Source of the DNA: Eledone cirrhosa
Lineage: Eukaryota
DNA length: 64,000 bases
NCBI GenBank assembly: GCA_964016885.1
Contig: OZ024755.1
Span: forward strand, 29,946,001 to 30,010,000
Reading direction: 5' to 3'
Shown here: positions 11,352 to 24,433 of the stretch, one piece after another
Position numbering within the stretch: the stretch's first letter is position 1
How the letters are laid out: each line of letters starts with the position of its first letter
Notes under the pieces: generated by a model
Told to the model about the DNA's origin: nothing
Database searches by the model: none
The model's input: only the letters and a program-made list of their open reading frames with translations
Translations under genes and position numbers: made by a program

Positions 11352-11538
11352 GTGTTTCTACTTTTGGCACAAGGCCAGCAATTACCCCAGTACATTACTG
11401 CTGCTTTATTTTATCGACCCCGTAAGGATGAAAGGCAAAGTTAACCTCGGCGGAATTTGAACCCAGAACGTAAAGGGCCATCAATCTATGCTGCAAAGCA
11501 TGGCATCTGACACTCTACCGATACTGCCACTCCACCAT
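11352..11538 (-). mobile_element. Family-A tRNA-derived SINE
   Basis: Reverse complement of the family consensus (GGTGGAGTGGCAGTATCGGTAGAG...GTGCCAAAAGTAGAAAC). Confidence 0.85.
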
Positions 11539-11716
11539 ATAATGTATATGCCTGTGTTTATTTTATGGTAGAGGTAATAGCGACAATATATGAATGTAGA
11601 AAAATCTATATAAAAACATATATATGCAATTAATCTATTTTATGTTGTTTTGTTTTGTTTGTGTTTTTTTTTTTTAGTTTCAGTTTCTAATATTTACTTT
11701 ATCTTTCATTCAACAG

Positions 11717-13400
11717 CTTAGATGACAGCAGTCCGATGCTCATCATTCAAAAATATAACGGTTTTCGACAAGGAATCCGAGATCGACGATTCAATAGATG
11801 CAGACGATGTGAAGTTGGAAACCGTAACAGGCAGGAGACCACTTGCAGATATTCTACAATTGGCGCGACTGCAGGCTATGCTTCTGACAGAGACGATGAA
11901 ATGAAAAGCCCTTTAGATACATTTAAGGCATGTCCTGAGCAGAGAAGTTACGTGAACTCAGCATGGTTCTTGAGTGAAATACCTCATACTTGTAAGTGCC
12001 AACAGAAAAAAGGTAGCACTTCAATAAATAACAATGATAGAAAAAAATATCCTGAAATAAATACTAAATCTGAAAGTTGCTTACAAAGGGAGCGGCATAC
12101 GTTACAACATCCCAGTGGATCAGAATCTACATCGCTGCAAAGCGGAAATGTAAATTTGTTGACTGAATCTAAAGCAAAGTCATTTACTAACTGTCCGGCT
12201 AACATCGGAAGCCTTGCTAGCCTGTCGTTAAATCACTCTGCAACTCTAAGTGATAATGAAGGTAAGCTCTTCAAATCAGTGGAGGATAAAAACAGGAAGT
12301 CTTTCAGTATTGTCCAAAAAGAGAAAACAGGAAAAACCCTTGATAATTTCTATATGACTATTCTACCCTCAGAATTGGATAATAACCAGGTGATAACTAA
12401 AATCAATCCCCTGATTTTTTATGAAGATAGTGGTAATGAAGATGATGATATTTTAAGCAGCTCCAGTGATGAACAATGCAGTAATAGCAGATTAGATGCA
12501 GATGAGGAATTTATATATTCAATCGAAGAGTTTCCACATCCACCAGACCATTTCTTTGCCTCAGATACAACATCGTTCCCATCTGTGCCAGTCGCACCAA
12601 ATATCGATAGTGCAGATATCTCTGAGAACTTTCAACTAAACGATTTCGGTGACACAGCCGAGAAATTCAGTCCTTTCTTTCTGTACAATAAACATTTCAA
12701 TTTTCAAGTCGACCAGGCGAAAGCGGGAAGAGAAGAAAGTGTTTCAAGTTCAAATAACGAATATTCATATTCGCTTCGTCAAAGCATTTACGACAGTGAT
12801 ATAGTTTCGACATCAGCTTCTGGTGAGTTCCCAGCAACAACCTCTGAATCATTGTTTGACTGTCGGTCAAATGAAAGTAATTTTACAAAAAACATAAATA
12901 CAGAGCAATGGATAATGAAGTCCTTTAATCCTGTTAATATGCCTGATTCAAGAATTGAGATTGATGATTCATATGATAACACAAACAGCTGCAATAGTTC
13001 TATTAGAAATAAACTAATTTCTGACCCAGTCCCGACAGAGAACCCTTTAGGAGAAATTAATCACAAATCCGCAGATGATATAGAAGTATGTAAACAGAAC
13101 ACATACAATGAAACAGTCGATTCCTATAAATTTAAAAATGAAAATTCACTGGCACAGTTTTCAATATTACCCCGATATAATGAGGGTTTACATATAACAG
13201 TATCAAAACTTAACCAACCAATAGAATGTGAAAAGACGAACATAGATGACTCAGTTGAGTCTGGGAGTGCTAAGTCAGAATGTGTGGAAGAATATATGCC
13301 TGAACTCATTACTATTCGTCTTGCAGCAGTTAAAGACATGCTGGAAAGGGCAAAGACATTGAGTAATAAGAAGGGTGAATGTAAAGGACACAAGAATTAA
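11717..13400 (+). CDS. Probable terminal coding exon of an unidentified gene; ~560 aa, S/N/D/E-rich, likely disordered
   Basis: 1.68-kb non-repetitive stop-free frame in AT-rich DNA; polypyrimidine tract and CAACAG acceptor at 11716; TAA at 13400; AATAAA at 13994 and ~14118; no recognisable domain. Confidence 0.7.
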
Positions 13401-13584
13401 CAACCTCAAATGATTAAATAGTAATTTCATTCATTGGCTGATTATCTGAAAGCAAAAGTTTTCTTAGGAAATGTATAATCAAGCTGAATCGATTGAACTT
13501 TACGGACATATTCTTCCGGAGAGGAACTAAGGCCAGTAACCGAATATAAATTCAGAACAGAGAGAGACTTCAACTAATTATTTT

Positions 13585-13947
13585 ACAATCGACAGGTTGT
13601 GAGTTCAATTCTCAGACCGGGTGATGTGTTGTTTTCTTGAGCAAGACACTTTATTTCACATTGCTCCAGTTTACTCAGCTGTAGAAATGAGATGATAGGA
13701 CTGGGGTCCCTATCATTCCACTGCAAAGTGGTCGTGGAGGTGCCACGGCAAAAAAGCACCCAGCCCACACTGTAAAGTGGACATGTAGGCACCATGGAAA
13801 AAAAAAAAAAGCACCCAGCACTCACTGTAAATGAGGTTGGTATTAGGAAGGGCATCCAGCTGTAGAAATCAAGCCAGAATCAGTTCCCGTCCCACCCTTG
13901 CAAGCAGGGAAAAGTGGATGTAAAATGATGATGATGATGATGATGAT
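13585..13947 (+). mobile_element. Family-B SINE with AGGAAGGGCATCCAG module and (GAT)n tail
   Basis: Near-identical copies at 31037, 31985, 35590, 38170, 51453. Confidence 0.85.
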
Positions 13948-16095
13948 TTATCCTGGTTATTCTTTGGTTTATAGTCAATTCGTTAACCTTAACAATAAAC
14001 AAATTTTTTTTTTATCTTAAGCACTTTGCGTTCTCTTTTTTATACAAGAAATGTTTACATAGTATATTTCTCCATCACAATTGTAGTAAGAGGAACGTGA
14101 AGAACAGCTAAAACCAGAATAAAGAAAACGAAATGTGTGCAGCAACAAATCAGATTGATAGCGAAGTCTTGAATGCCATGTCACCAACAACATTGCTTTG
14201 AGAATTCAATAGTGTTTTTTCTTCTGTTTGTTTTTGTGTCGATGGGATCTGTGTTCGGAAGTTGTGCCAACCGTTCACCGGACAAGTAAGAAATGTTATA
14301 AATGAAAATGCTATTTTTTTATGCCATGTATACCTTTGTGCTTATACAACGTAGACACATAGTTTTAGTCGGGTAGCATGGACTAGACGAATAGTTTTAC
14401 ACTATGATATTTACGAAACTATTAAATACAAAGTGCAATATCTTTAGGTAGAAAACTTGTTTTGCCTGTCGTTTTACAACGCATGTACCAACCTCTCGAG
14501 GTCGATAAAAAAAAGTACTAGTCTAGTACTGGGGTTGATTCTTCCTCTTTCTGGAAGAAATCTGCTATAATCAGGCCTGGAGAGGCATGGGCTCCAGCAG
14601 GCTTAAAATGCCCAAGAAATGCTGTATGTCAAATCAACACTCTCATGACACTGTCAGGAGTCATGGGACCATACCATACCATTGTCTATAATTAGTGAAA
14701 CTGTCGTAATTTCTATATGACATGATTACACTTGTATATTGAAAAATTAAAGTTCCCTGCAGACTGATTTCGAATCTCATGTACAGCAATTTGATATTAC
14801 TAACATCGATAATTCTCAGTAAAAAAAAAAAAATAAGCATGAAGATAACAACATTATATAAATCTATTCTTTACACTATAAATTAATGTTCTTGTCACAA
14901 AATCATTAAAATAAGCCACCAATAAACTGAATTCGCTTCACATCTCATTTGTAGTTATTTCACTTCAGTAACTTAAGTAATAAATATTTGCCGCTTTATG
15001 AACCTAGTAATTAATATGATGTGATAGAAACATATTTCATCCAAAAGATTTTGATCTCAGCTCTGTAAAACAATTTATAAATTTTAGTATGCTTACCACA
15101 GCGTTCGCTTGTTATGTTTTAAACAACCTTAACTATGAAACGAAGTCGAAGACATAATCTAAGTATTTAACGTAATGAAAAAATAAATAAATAGTAGCCT
15201 AACAGCTGTATCACCAATATAATTGGTGAAAATCATGTAACCCCTCATCTTACATTTGGCTAGCTTGGCCTCAATCCTAGGATGTGATAGCTAATTTGAG
15301 TCCTTGAGTTTGAGACCTCTCTAATAAATTTAAGAAACTTTTGTTTAGCTGCATTTGTGTGTATCCAGTGTAGAATTGTGACAATATATCTCTGCATATT
15401 ATAAGGCGCGTGGCTGAGTTGTAAGAGAATTGGATTAGCAATCGTGATGTTGTGAGTTTGATTCCTGGACTGGGCGATGCGTTATGTCCTTGAGCAAGAT
15501 ACTCTATTTCACGTTACTCCTTCTACCTGGAGTTGCTACCGATAGAGAGTATTAACAACTGGAAAGATCAATGGAAACATTGTTTCCTCGGTCTGATAAG
15601 TCGATATTATAAGAGTTGATTAGGAGTAGGTGACAGGAAGGGCAGCCAGCCATAAAGCAAGGCCACAAAAAAGACCTCGTGGTGAGTAGAACAACATATG
15701 GGAACTACCAGAACCCCAAGAGGTTCTTGTATGTCCCCGTATAAGTGGCAGGATTCATCAACCATCTCCCAAACTACAAGATCTGATATAGAAGCTAATT
15801 CTAAGACTTGGTCATTATCAACAACAAAGGAAGAAAACAGATCCTACACATATGTAAATAATCACATCTCATTATTTACGCGGTGGATTGGCAGTATCAG
15901 TAGAGGGTTGGACGCCATGCTTTCCAGCATAGTTACATCTCTTTACGGTCTGAGTTCAAATCCCGCCGAGGTTAACTTTGCCTTTCATCCTTACGAGGTC
16001 GATAAAATAAAGTACCAGTAATGTACTGGGTAATTGCTGGCCTTGTACCAAAAGTAGAAACATTTACACACACACACATGCAGATATGTATACAT

Positions 16096-16490
16096 CAGAC
16101 CTGTCAACTCACCCCGTCTGCCGGGGAAATCTCCCACCCAGTTTGGGTTGGGTGAGAGATGTCTTCTCTTGTGAAAATGGGTATAGCTTTCATTATGTAA
16201 AGGGCGGTGGACTGGCAGAACTGGTAGAGCGTTGGACATCCTGCTTCGCAGCATAGAGTTACGTCCCTTAAATTATGAGTTTAAATCCCGCCGAAGTTAA
16301 CTTTGCTTTTCATCCTTACGAGGTCGATAAAATAAAGTACTAGTAATACACTGGGATAATTGCTGGCCTTGTGCCAAAACGTAGAAACAATTATGTAAAA
16401 TCTCCCCATTTTGCTTCATTTCTCCCCGTTTTAGGGTACTTTTTTTTTCATGGTACTCCCCGTTGGGGTTTTTAGAGGTTGGCAGGTCTG
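16096..16490. mobile_element. hAT-like MITE containing a nested family-A SINE
   Basis: TIRs CAGACCTGTCAAC / GTTGGCAGGTCTG; SINE at ~16200-16392 flanked by an ATTATGTAAA duplication. Confidence 0.7.
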
Positions 16491-17380
16491 ATACATATAT
16501 ATGTGGGTGGTTGTGGTTATGCTGTTATGTAATAGATATGACACACTCACCTACTTCAACACATTCAGAACATAAGCTGGTGACATCTTCTGCCTTTGAG
16601 AGCGATATACGCCAACCTCCCACACATATCTGTCGTTGTGCGTAAAAGGAGAGTAAGATTTACTGGCCACATTTCTCCTACATCCCAGTTCTTTCTCATA
16701 TTCTATCCCACAAAACCAAAAGTAAACTAAATTGGATTCTGGGTTCATCTCAAAAGGGTTAACAAAAACATCATGAAGAAAACAAAGAGAATAGTAATTA
16801 TTTCAGCTCTGATCTTCTCAGCTGGTTTCTCTATGGACTTTCTCTTTTACAAATGATATTTGAATAAGAACAAAGGGCTTCTATTTCAGGGTGAAGAGAT
16901 ATTATATAATGCTTGAAACAGCAATACTTAATGTCAACAGACATGGGCCTCGGGTGCAGAAAATTTGAAGCAGATAAAAGGAAATGCATCCAGTACACCT
17001 AGTAAGGTCTTTGTGTTGGTCTCACAATATAATACACCCAGTACACCCAGTAAGGTGTTTGTGTTAGTCTCACAATATAATACACCCAGTCCACTCTCTA
17101 AAGTGGTAGTACTGGTGTCATGAAAACTCATCAAATACATCTTGTAAGATGGTAGGTATTAGGAAGAGCATCCAGACATAAAAGCATGCTAAACATGAAA
17201 CATAATGAGCAAGATTGGTCTATTGAATCCATCAGGTCTATAACTAGGACAGCCCACCCAACTAATGCCAATGTGGAAAGCAAACAGGCATAAAAAATGT
17301 TGATCAACAAAACTCAATGCTTAGAAATTTATATTTATAAATTTAAAAAAAAGAAAAGAAAAGAAAATGAACCTAATAAA

Positions 17381-17749
17381 TTAGTCATTATTAGTTCCAA
17401 TAGACAGAACAACATCCTGCAAGTGATGCCGTACAGCTTCATTGAGAATTTGATAAATGTCTTTGCAACCTTTGGTAGCTTGGTTAAGAACTTTCTTTAA
17501 GTTGTCTTCATGTAGCCGAGAATTCATCTCAAGCAATACCACTTCTTCTGATTGGGGTAGAATGGCTGTGATCAGTTCAGGAATGCCTGATGACTCTTCT
17601 ATATAGCTCATGTCAACCAGAGGAGTCTCGTTAACAAAACCAGCTGAACAGGCACATACATAGTCCTTAATAGGAATACCAGCATCAATGATAGCTAATG
17701 TAGCTGCATTCACACATGCACAATAATTGCCACCATCTGACTGCAACAC
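17381..17749 (-). CDS. EXOSC4: Exosome complex component RRP41, exon 3 (last)
   Basis: VLQSDGGNYCACVNAATLAIIDAGIPIKDYVCACSAG...; TTTCAG acceptor; TAA stop; phase 0. Confidence 0.97.
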   Translation of the reverse strand: MLQSDGGNYCACVNAATLAIIDAGIPIKDYVCACSAGFVNETPLVDMSYIEESSGIPELITAILPQSEEVVLLEMNSRLHEDNLKKVLNQATKGCKDIYQILNEAVRHHLQDVVLSIGTNND

Positions 17750-18367
17750 CTGAAAATATAGAACAAAAATGATAATTGTAACTCATTCTCTTTCTCTCAA
17801 TTTCCATAGCTATATACATACATTGGCAGGATATTTCAGTTTTATCAAATGCATAACTTCTCTAGTGTGATAAAGTGGTTTTAAAAATGGAATCCAGCTG
17901 CAGAAAACGACGTTTATGAGCTGACGCGACTAATCAACACATTATGTTTAGATGGCGAATATAAGCCGACCCCCACTTTTCCATCGATTTTTTGGGTCAC
18001 ATATTCCTCAGTTTATATCATCATCATCATCATTTCATTTTACGTCCACTTTTCCCTGCTTGCAAGGGTGGGACGGGAACTGATTCTGGCTTGATTTCTA
18101 CAGCTGGATGCCCTTCCTAACACCAACCTCATTTACAGTGAGTGCTGGGTGCTTTTTTGCCGGGGCACCTCCACGACCTCATTTCTACAGCTGAGTAAAC
18201 TGGAGCAATGTGAAATAAAGTGCCTTGCTCAAGGATATATGTGTGTATAAATGGTAAGTACCAGACAAAGTCCTGCATTTGATATAATCAACCTTTCAAG
18301 GCAGAGCTGTTGTATAACCACTGTACAAGGGCTGAATGTTATAGAAGAATAATGGAAAAGAATTTAC

Positions 18368-18574
18368 CTCAACATAAATATCAATCTGTGATCGGGGATA
18401 AAATGATGTCAGAATAGCTGCATTGAATGTTTGCTGAAGGTAAAGGGTCATTTCTTGGGATTTGCGGTCACCACGAGGTCTGCGTTTCCTTTCTCCAGTG
18501 CTGAAGGTTGCCATACTGTACTGACAATTCACAAGTACTTTGTCATGTTGAGCTTTGCTTTTGCTTCCACGAAT
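18368..18574 (-). CDS. EXOSC4: Exosome complex component RRP41, exon 2
   Basis: IRGSKSKAQHDKVLVNCQYSMATFSTGERKRRPRGDRKSQEM...YPRSQIDIYVE; AG/GT boundaries; 207 bp. Confidence 0.97.
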
Positions 18575-18809
18575 CTATAAATTGCAACATTAAAGAATAT
18601 TGAAGATAAAAAGGGGAAAAAAAATAACCACCCTATTATTTCTTTTTACTATTCTTTTATAATGTGGTGCTGTTATGTCCTTATGGATAAACGAATGCAC
18701 TGCAACAGTGTAATAACAATATAATCAAATCAAACGACAATAACCACACATAATGGAACAACAATCTTTTAAGAACCAACAATCCAACTCGAACTGTGAA
18801 CTTGAACTC

Positions 18810-21037
18810 CAACTTTGACTATCAATACACAAACTGTGGAACTAGTACCAGCTTTGACTATCAATACACGAACTGTGGAACTAGTACCAGCTTTGACTAT
18901 CAATACACAAACTGTGGAACTAGTACCAGCTTTGACTATCAATACACAAACTGTGGAACTAGTACCAACTTTGACTATCAATACACAAACTGTGGAACTA
19001 GTGCCAGCTTTGACTATCAATACACGAACTGTGGAACTAGTACCAACTTTGACTATCAATACACAAACTGTGGAACTAGTACCAGCTTTGACTATCAACA
19101 CACAAACTGTGGAACTAGTACCAACTTTGATTATCAACACACAAACTGTTGAACTAGTACCAACTTTGACTATCAACACACAAACTGTGGAACTAGTAGC
19201 AACTTTGATTATCAACACACAAACTGTGGAACTAGTACCAAATTTGACTATCAATACACAAACTGTGGAACTAGTACCAACTTTGATTATCAACACACAA
19301 ACTGTTGAACTAGTACCAACTTTGACTATCAACGCACGAACTGTGGAACTAGTACCAACTTTGATTATCAACGCACGAACTGTGGAACTAGTACCAACTT
19401 TGATTATCAACACACAAACTGTTGAACTAGTACCAACTTTGACTATCAACGCACGAACTGTGGAACTAGTACCAACTTTGATTATCAACACACTAACTAT
19501 GGAACTAGTACCAACTTTGACTATCAACACACAAACTGTGGAACTAGTAGCAACTTTGATTATCAACACACAAACTGTGGAACTAGTACCAAATTTGACT
19601 ATCAATACACAAACTGTGGAACTAGTACCAACTTTGATTATCAACACACAAACTGTTGAACTAGTACCAACTTTGACTATCAACACACAAACTGTGGAAC
19701 TAGTACCAACTTTGACTATCAACGCACGAACTGTGGAACTAGTACCAACTTTGATTATCAACACACAAACTGTGGAACTAGTACCAACTTTGATTATCAA
19801 CACACAAACTGTGGAACTAGTACCAACTTTGACTATCAACGCACGAACTGTGAAACTAGTACCAACTTTGATTATCAACACACAAACTGTGGAACTAGTA
19901 CCAACTTTGACTATCAACACACAAACTGTGGAACTAGTACCAACTTTGACTATCAATACACAAACTGTGGAACTAGTACTAACTTTGACTATCAATACAC
20001 AAACTGTGGAACTAGTACCAACTTTGACTATCAATACACAAACTGTGGAACTAGTACCAACTTTGACTATCAACACATGAACTGTGGAACTAGTACCAGC
20101 TTTGACTATCAACGCACGAACTGTGGAACTAGTACCAACTTTGACTATCAACGCACGAACTGTGAAACTAGTACCAACTTTGATTATCAACACACAAACT
20201 GTGGAACTAGTACCAACTTTGATTATCAACACACAAACTGTGGAACTAGTACCAACTTTGACTATCAACGCACGAACTGTGAAACTAGTACCAACTTTGA
20301 TTATCTACACACAAACTGTGGAACTAGTACCAACTTTGACTATCAATACACAAACTGTGGAACTAGTACCAACTTTGACTATCAACACATGAACTGTGGA
20401 ACTAGTACCAACTTTGACTATCAATACACGAACTGTGGAACTAGTACCAGCTTTGACTATCAATACACAAACTGTGGAATTAGTACCAACTTTGACTATC
20501 AATACACGAACTGTGGAATTAGTACCAGCTTTGACTATCAATACATGAACTGTGGAACTAGTACCAGCTTTGACTATCAACACACAAACTGTGGAACTAG
20601 TACCAACTTTGACTATCAATACACAAACTGTGGAACTAGTACCAACATTGACTATCAATACACAAACTGTGGAACTAGTACCAACTTTGACTATCAACAC
20701 ACAAACTGTGGAACTAGTACCAACTTTGACTATCAACACACAAACTGTGGAACTAGTACCAACTTTGACTATCAACACACGAACTGTGGAACTAGTACCA
20801 ACTTTGACTATCAATACACAAACTGTGGAACTAGTACCAACTTTGACTATCAATACACAAACTGTGGAACTAGTACCAACATTGACTATCAATACACAAA
20901 CTGTGGAACTAGTACCAACTTTGACTATCAACACACAAACTGTGGAACTAGTACCAACTTTGACTATCAACACACAAACTGTGGAACTAGTACCAACTTT
21001 GACTATCAACACACAAACTGTAGAACTAATACTACCA
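18810..21037. repeat. 39-bp minisatellite (~57 units) in EXOSC4 intron 1
   Basis: Unit AACTTTGACTATCAACACACAAACTGTGGAACTAGTACC. Confidence 0.97.
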
Positions 21038-21457
21038 ACTTGCTCACTTACTCAGGCCACTACTATTTACATGGAGTGGTCCAGCCCATTCTCGCACAAC
21101 AGGTACAAAAGTAATTTTTCATATTAAAACCTAAATGGATCTCTAATTATAATCTATACCATTTATTTTTTTATCTCCCAAAAAACTCCAATATCAACAT
21201 GAACTCAGTTTCAAATAAATCATTACACTTTAGCATTTACATCACTCTATATTTACTATTTTATTTTCATGGTAAAGGCTTTATCTCACATAATATCTAA
21301 TCTATGAGATTTTGATATTATTTACTTTGAGAACAATACCTTAACATCAGTATGAGTGGCCGGTTATAGCTGGTTTGAACAGAAAGAGGTGAGAGAATTC
21401 TGATTATTTATCATGCACTTTATTTTTTATAATTTTTTTAAATAAGTACATGCCCTC

Positions 21458-21795
21458 TGTACTGTTTGTGAAAAGGGCTCTGACATCTTGGCACTGAAAC
21501 TCTAAATGAAGGTCCGTCTCCAAAGGCTTAAGGGAGTGTAATAATGTAAAGAATGAGACCCTCATCAGGGAACTTGAAGCTAGAGAGTATAGAGGTCAGA
21601 GGCTGGTTTCTTGGTGGCAAGTGTATCTGTACTGTTTGTGAAAAGGGCTCCGACATCTTGGCACTGAAACCCTAAATAAAGGTCCGTCTCCAAAGGCTTA
21701 AGGGAGTGTAATAATGTAAAGAATGAGACCCTCATCAGGGAACTTGAAGCTAGAGAGTATAGAGGTCAGAGGCTGGTTTCTTGGTGGCAAGTGTT
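21458..21795. repeat. 170-bp tandem duplication
   Basis: TGTACTGTTTGTGAAAAGGGCT... at 21458 and 21628, near-identical. Confidence 0.9.
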
Positions 21796-22107
21796 TCTGA
21801 AGGGTATAACAAAATGACAGTATTTTGGATTATCCTTCATTTGAAGACTACAGACAAGCTTCATTTCCTAAACCAGTTCTACCTAGCTTGCAGACAACCA
21901 AGATCATTAGATTTGATTATAATAGATACAGACATTTATAACCCAAATAAGTTAATTTCACTAGTTTTGCGACCTAAACTACAATTTAACCAACTAAACA
22001 TTTTATACGGCATTTCACGGAGGGGGAAGCAAACCCGCAGGTTTTGAAAGACACAATATACATAATACATTATCATTTCAAGAAATTATGTTTCAACATG
22101 TATCATA

Positions 22108-22472
22108 ATAATTGTTTCTACTTTAGGCACAAGGCCAGCAATTATCCGAGTGCATTACTGGTACTTTATTTTATCGACTACCGTAAGGATGAAAGGCAAA
22201 GTTAACCTCGGCGGGATTTGAACACAGATCATAAAGGGAGGTAACTCTATGCTTCAAAGCATGGCGCTCGACCCTCCAGCGGTACTGCCAATCCATCTCG
22301 GCACAATGTCAGCAATTTGAGGGAGGGGAAAATGCATTACTGGTGCTTTATTTTATCGACCCCGTAAGGATGAAAGGCAAAGCTAACCTCGGCAGGATTT
22401 GAACTTAGAACGTAAAGGGCCTTAACTCAATGCTTCGAAGCCTGTTCCCCGACACTCTGCCGATACTGCCAA
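22108..22472 (-). mobile_element. Two tandem family-A SINEs
   Basis: Reverse-complement family-A core twice. Confidence 0.85.
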
Positions 22473-22752
22473 TTATTAATAATAAAAGGGCACCATACAT
22501 CCATCAAAATGAAAAATAAATGTTCATCCGTGATCGAATCTTTCATTCATTTATACATATAACATTTTTATCCTCCTGGGTCGACAAACTAAATACCAAT
22601 TAAATCATGAAGTCGATCTAATCGACTCCCGACGGCAATAATATATATAAAAATATAGTGGTAGAACACTGGAAGGTAATATCCGTAGTGGTAGAGCACT
22701 CAGTCCATGGGACGAGTTAGGTAGAAGTGGTAACAACAGTTAGTTCACCATA

Positions 22753-22792
22753 CCGAGAAAAATTCTTTCACCTTACCAGTTCCTCAGCTCGG
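22753..22792 (-). ncRNA. Minimal hammerhead ribozyme-like motif (left arm of a fold-back)
   Basis: Minus strand: CCGAG-CTGAGGA-ACT ggtaa GGT-GAAA-GAATTTTT-CTCGG. Confidence 0.55.
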
Positions 22793-22827
22793 ACTGGTCA
22801 TGGTTATACGGAATAACCATGACCAGT

Positions 22828-22867
22828 CCGAGCTGAAGATCCGCTAAGGTGAAACAATTGTTCTCGG
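22828..22867 (+). ncRNA. Minimal type I hammerhead ribozyme motif (right arm of a fold-back)
   Basis: CCGAG-CTGAAGA-TCC gctaa GGT-GAAA-CAATTGTT-CTCGG: stem I CCGAG/CTCGG, palindromic stem III AACAATTGTT, GUU triplet. Confidence 0.7.
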
Positions 22868-22924
22868 TATGGTGAACTAACTGTTGTGTTACCACTTCTA
22901 TATATATATATATATATATATATA

Positions 22925-23252
22925 CAGGGTGTCTCAAAAAATGTATACAGTTTGATTACATGTACAGACAATATTTGTTAGAATGCACAGCCGTTACCCA
23001 AAATAAAATTATCTACTGACATAATTCAATTGTATGTAAATATCAAAAAATGTTTACATAATTCAAATAATTGTTTCTACTTTTGGCACAAGACCAGCAA
23101 TTATCCCAGTGTATTACTGGTGCTTTATTTTATCGACCCCGTAAGGATGAAAGGCAAAGTTAACCTCGGCGGGATTTGAACTCATAATTTAAATAATGCA
23201 TATAAAACTGAATTTATTTTAATGCACTTTTTAAAGATTTTGGGACACCCTG
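22925..23252. mobile_element. Tc1/mariner-type MITE with a nested SINE fragment
   Basis: TA|CAGGGTGTCTCAAAA ... TTTTGGGACACCCTG|TA. Confidence 0.85.
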
Positions 23253-23391
23253 TATATATATATATGCGCACACATATATATATATACCCACATATTTCTC
23301 CCTATGTTAAAAACGATAACTAACGGTTAAAACATCAAAGCTTGATAACAGGAACAATACACGTGAGTTTTTGAGAACGTGTGTGTCATAC

Positions 23392-23562
23392 CTCATGCGG
23401 TCCATATACAGCAGCCAAGACTTTTGTGTTACCCATTTCCAAATAAGCTGAACCGTCTGCCTGTCCGAACACACCCAGGCGACATTGTATCTTTCGTAAT
23501 TCATGTGGCCTTCGTCCATCCACTCGAAATCCTTGATCCGACAATAATTCCAATCCCGCCAT
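23392..23562 (-). CDS. EXOSC4: Exosome complex component RRP41, exon 1
   Basis: MAGLELLSDQGFRVDGRRPHELRKIQCRLGVFGQADGSAYLEMGNTKVLAAVYGPHE, then GTATGA donor; 171 bp; frame not in the ORF track; spliced CDS 248 aa (RNase PH family). Confidence 0.97.
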
Positions 23563-24087
23563 TGTTTTGTCGTTTACCGGTGTAATATTATTTTTGTTCC
23601 AAATAATGAAAGCATCCTGCGATTTGTTTTACTAATCCATGTGTATTAATTTTCTTTTCTTTTTTCTGTTTTTCAGAAGTCATCAAAGTTAATTTTAAAT
23701 AGTTATATATTCAAATAAATTCTAAACAGATAAATGAAAATGGGTATTAGATTTTAAATAAGAAAAAAGTATTAGGTTGATATAGGATCAACTTAACTCT
23801 CTAAAGTAGTGCTCCAACATGGCATCAATCCAATACATGACATGTAAAAGAGTACACGTGCTAGTTTTATACCTTTGATAATAATTAAATATCTAAAATT
23901 ATATAGTTTTTTTATGCAACTCAGTTTCTCCATGCAATATATAAACGAAGATATATTAAAAATAAAAACAACATATTTAATCTAAAAAAATTATTACTTA
24001 GTATAATTATTTCTTTTATTCCCAGTTGTATAAATAATATTACAATTGTTTAAAATTCTTACAGAATGAATTTATAAACACATAAGC

Positions 24088-24398
24088 CGCAGGTGTGAGC
24101 CTTGTGAGTTGGAATAGCTCTTTCAGCGCATCTCCCATTTCATCCTCCAGGGAAACGCCTTCTCCATTCTGTCCGCCGGGGCTGTGCGAGGCCAGCTCGT
24201 GGGACCCCATTTGCTCACCATACAGAGAGATGGGGAGGGCGAAAGAGATGGAGGTGATGACAGTGGGAGTTCGGTTCGTCTGTGTTCGGACCATATCCTT
24301 GTGGTTGTGTTCATTATGCAGTTAACGAGTCTTTATGTATAGACATAGGTACAGTTGTCACTATCATATTCCGAATAAGTTATTAAAAGTTGTTGAAA

Positions 24399-24431
<33 letters not shown>
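24088..24431 (+). mobile_element. 3' end of a CRE-like retrotransposon with poly(A)
   Basis: CEPCELE*LFQRIS..ILQGNA and a 3' UTR matching the 9315-9650 element; A-run at 24402-24431. Confidence 0.8.

Positions 24432-24433
<2 letters not shown>

Noticed and set aside
11722-11904. 60-aa alternative-frame ORF overlapping the large exon
   Set aside because: Short, preceded by an in-frame TAG after the main acceptor; the long frame explains the region
18810-21037. CRISPR-like appearance of the regular arrays (also 39310-41105, 53770-55700)
   Set aside because: No unique spacers, no cas genes, eukaryotic context
18769-21127. 345-499-aa repeat ORFs (TxT-rich, superficially like ice-binding or beta-solenoid proteins)
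   Set aside because: A 39-bp unit divisible by 3 stays open in several frames on both strands; intronic in EXOSC4; no codon-position bias evident
23307-23519. Track ORF MDEGHMNYERY...
   Set aside because: Wrong frame; the true EXOSC4 exon 1 is 23562-23392
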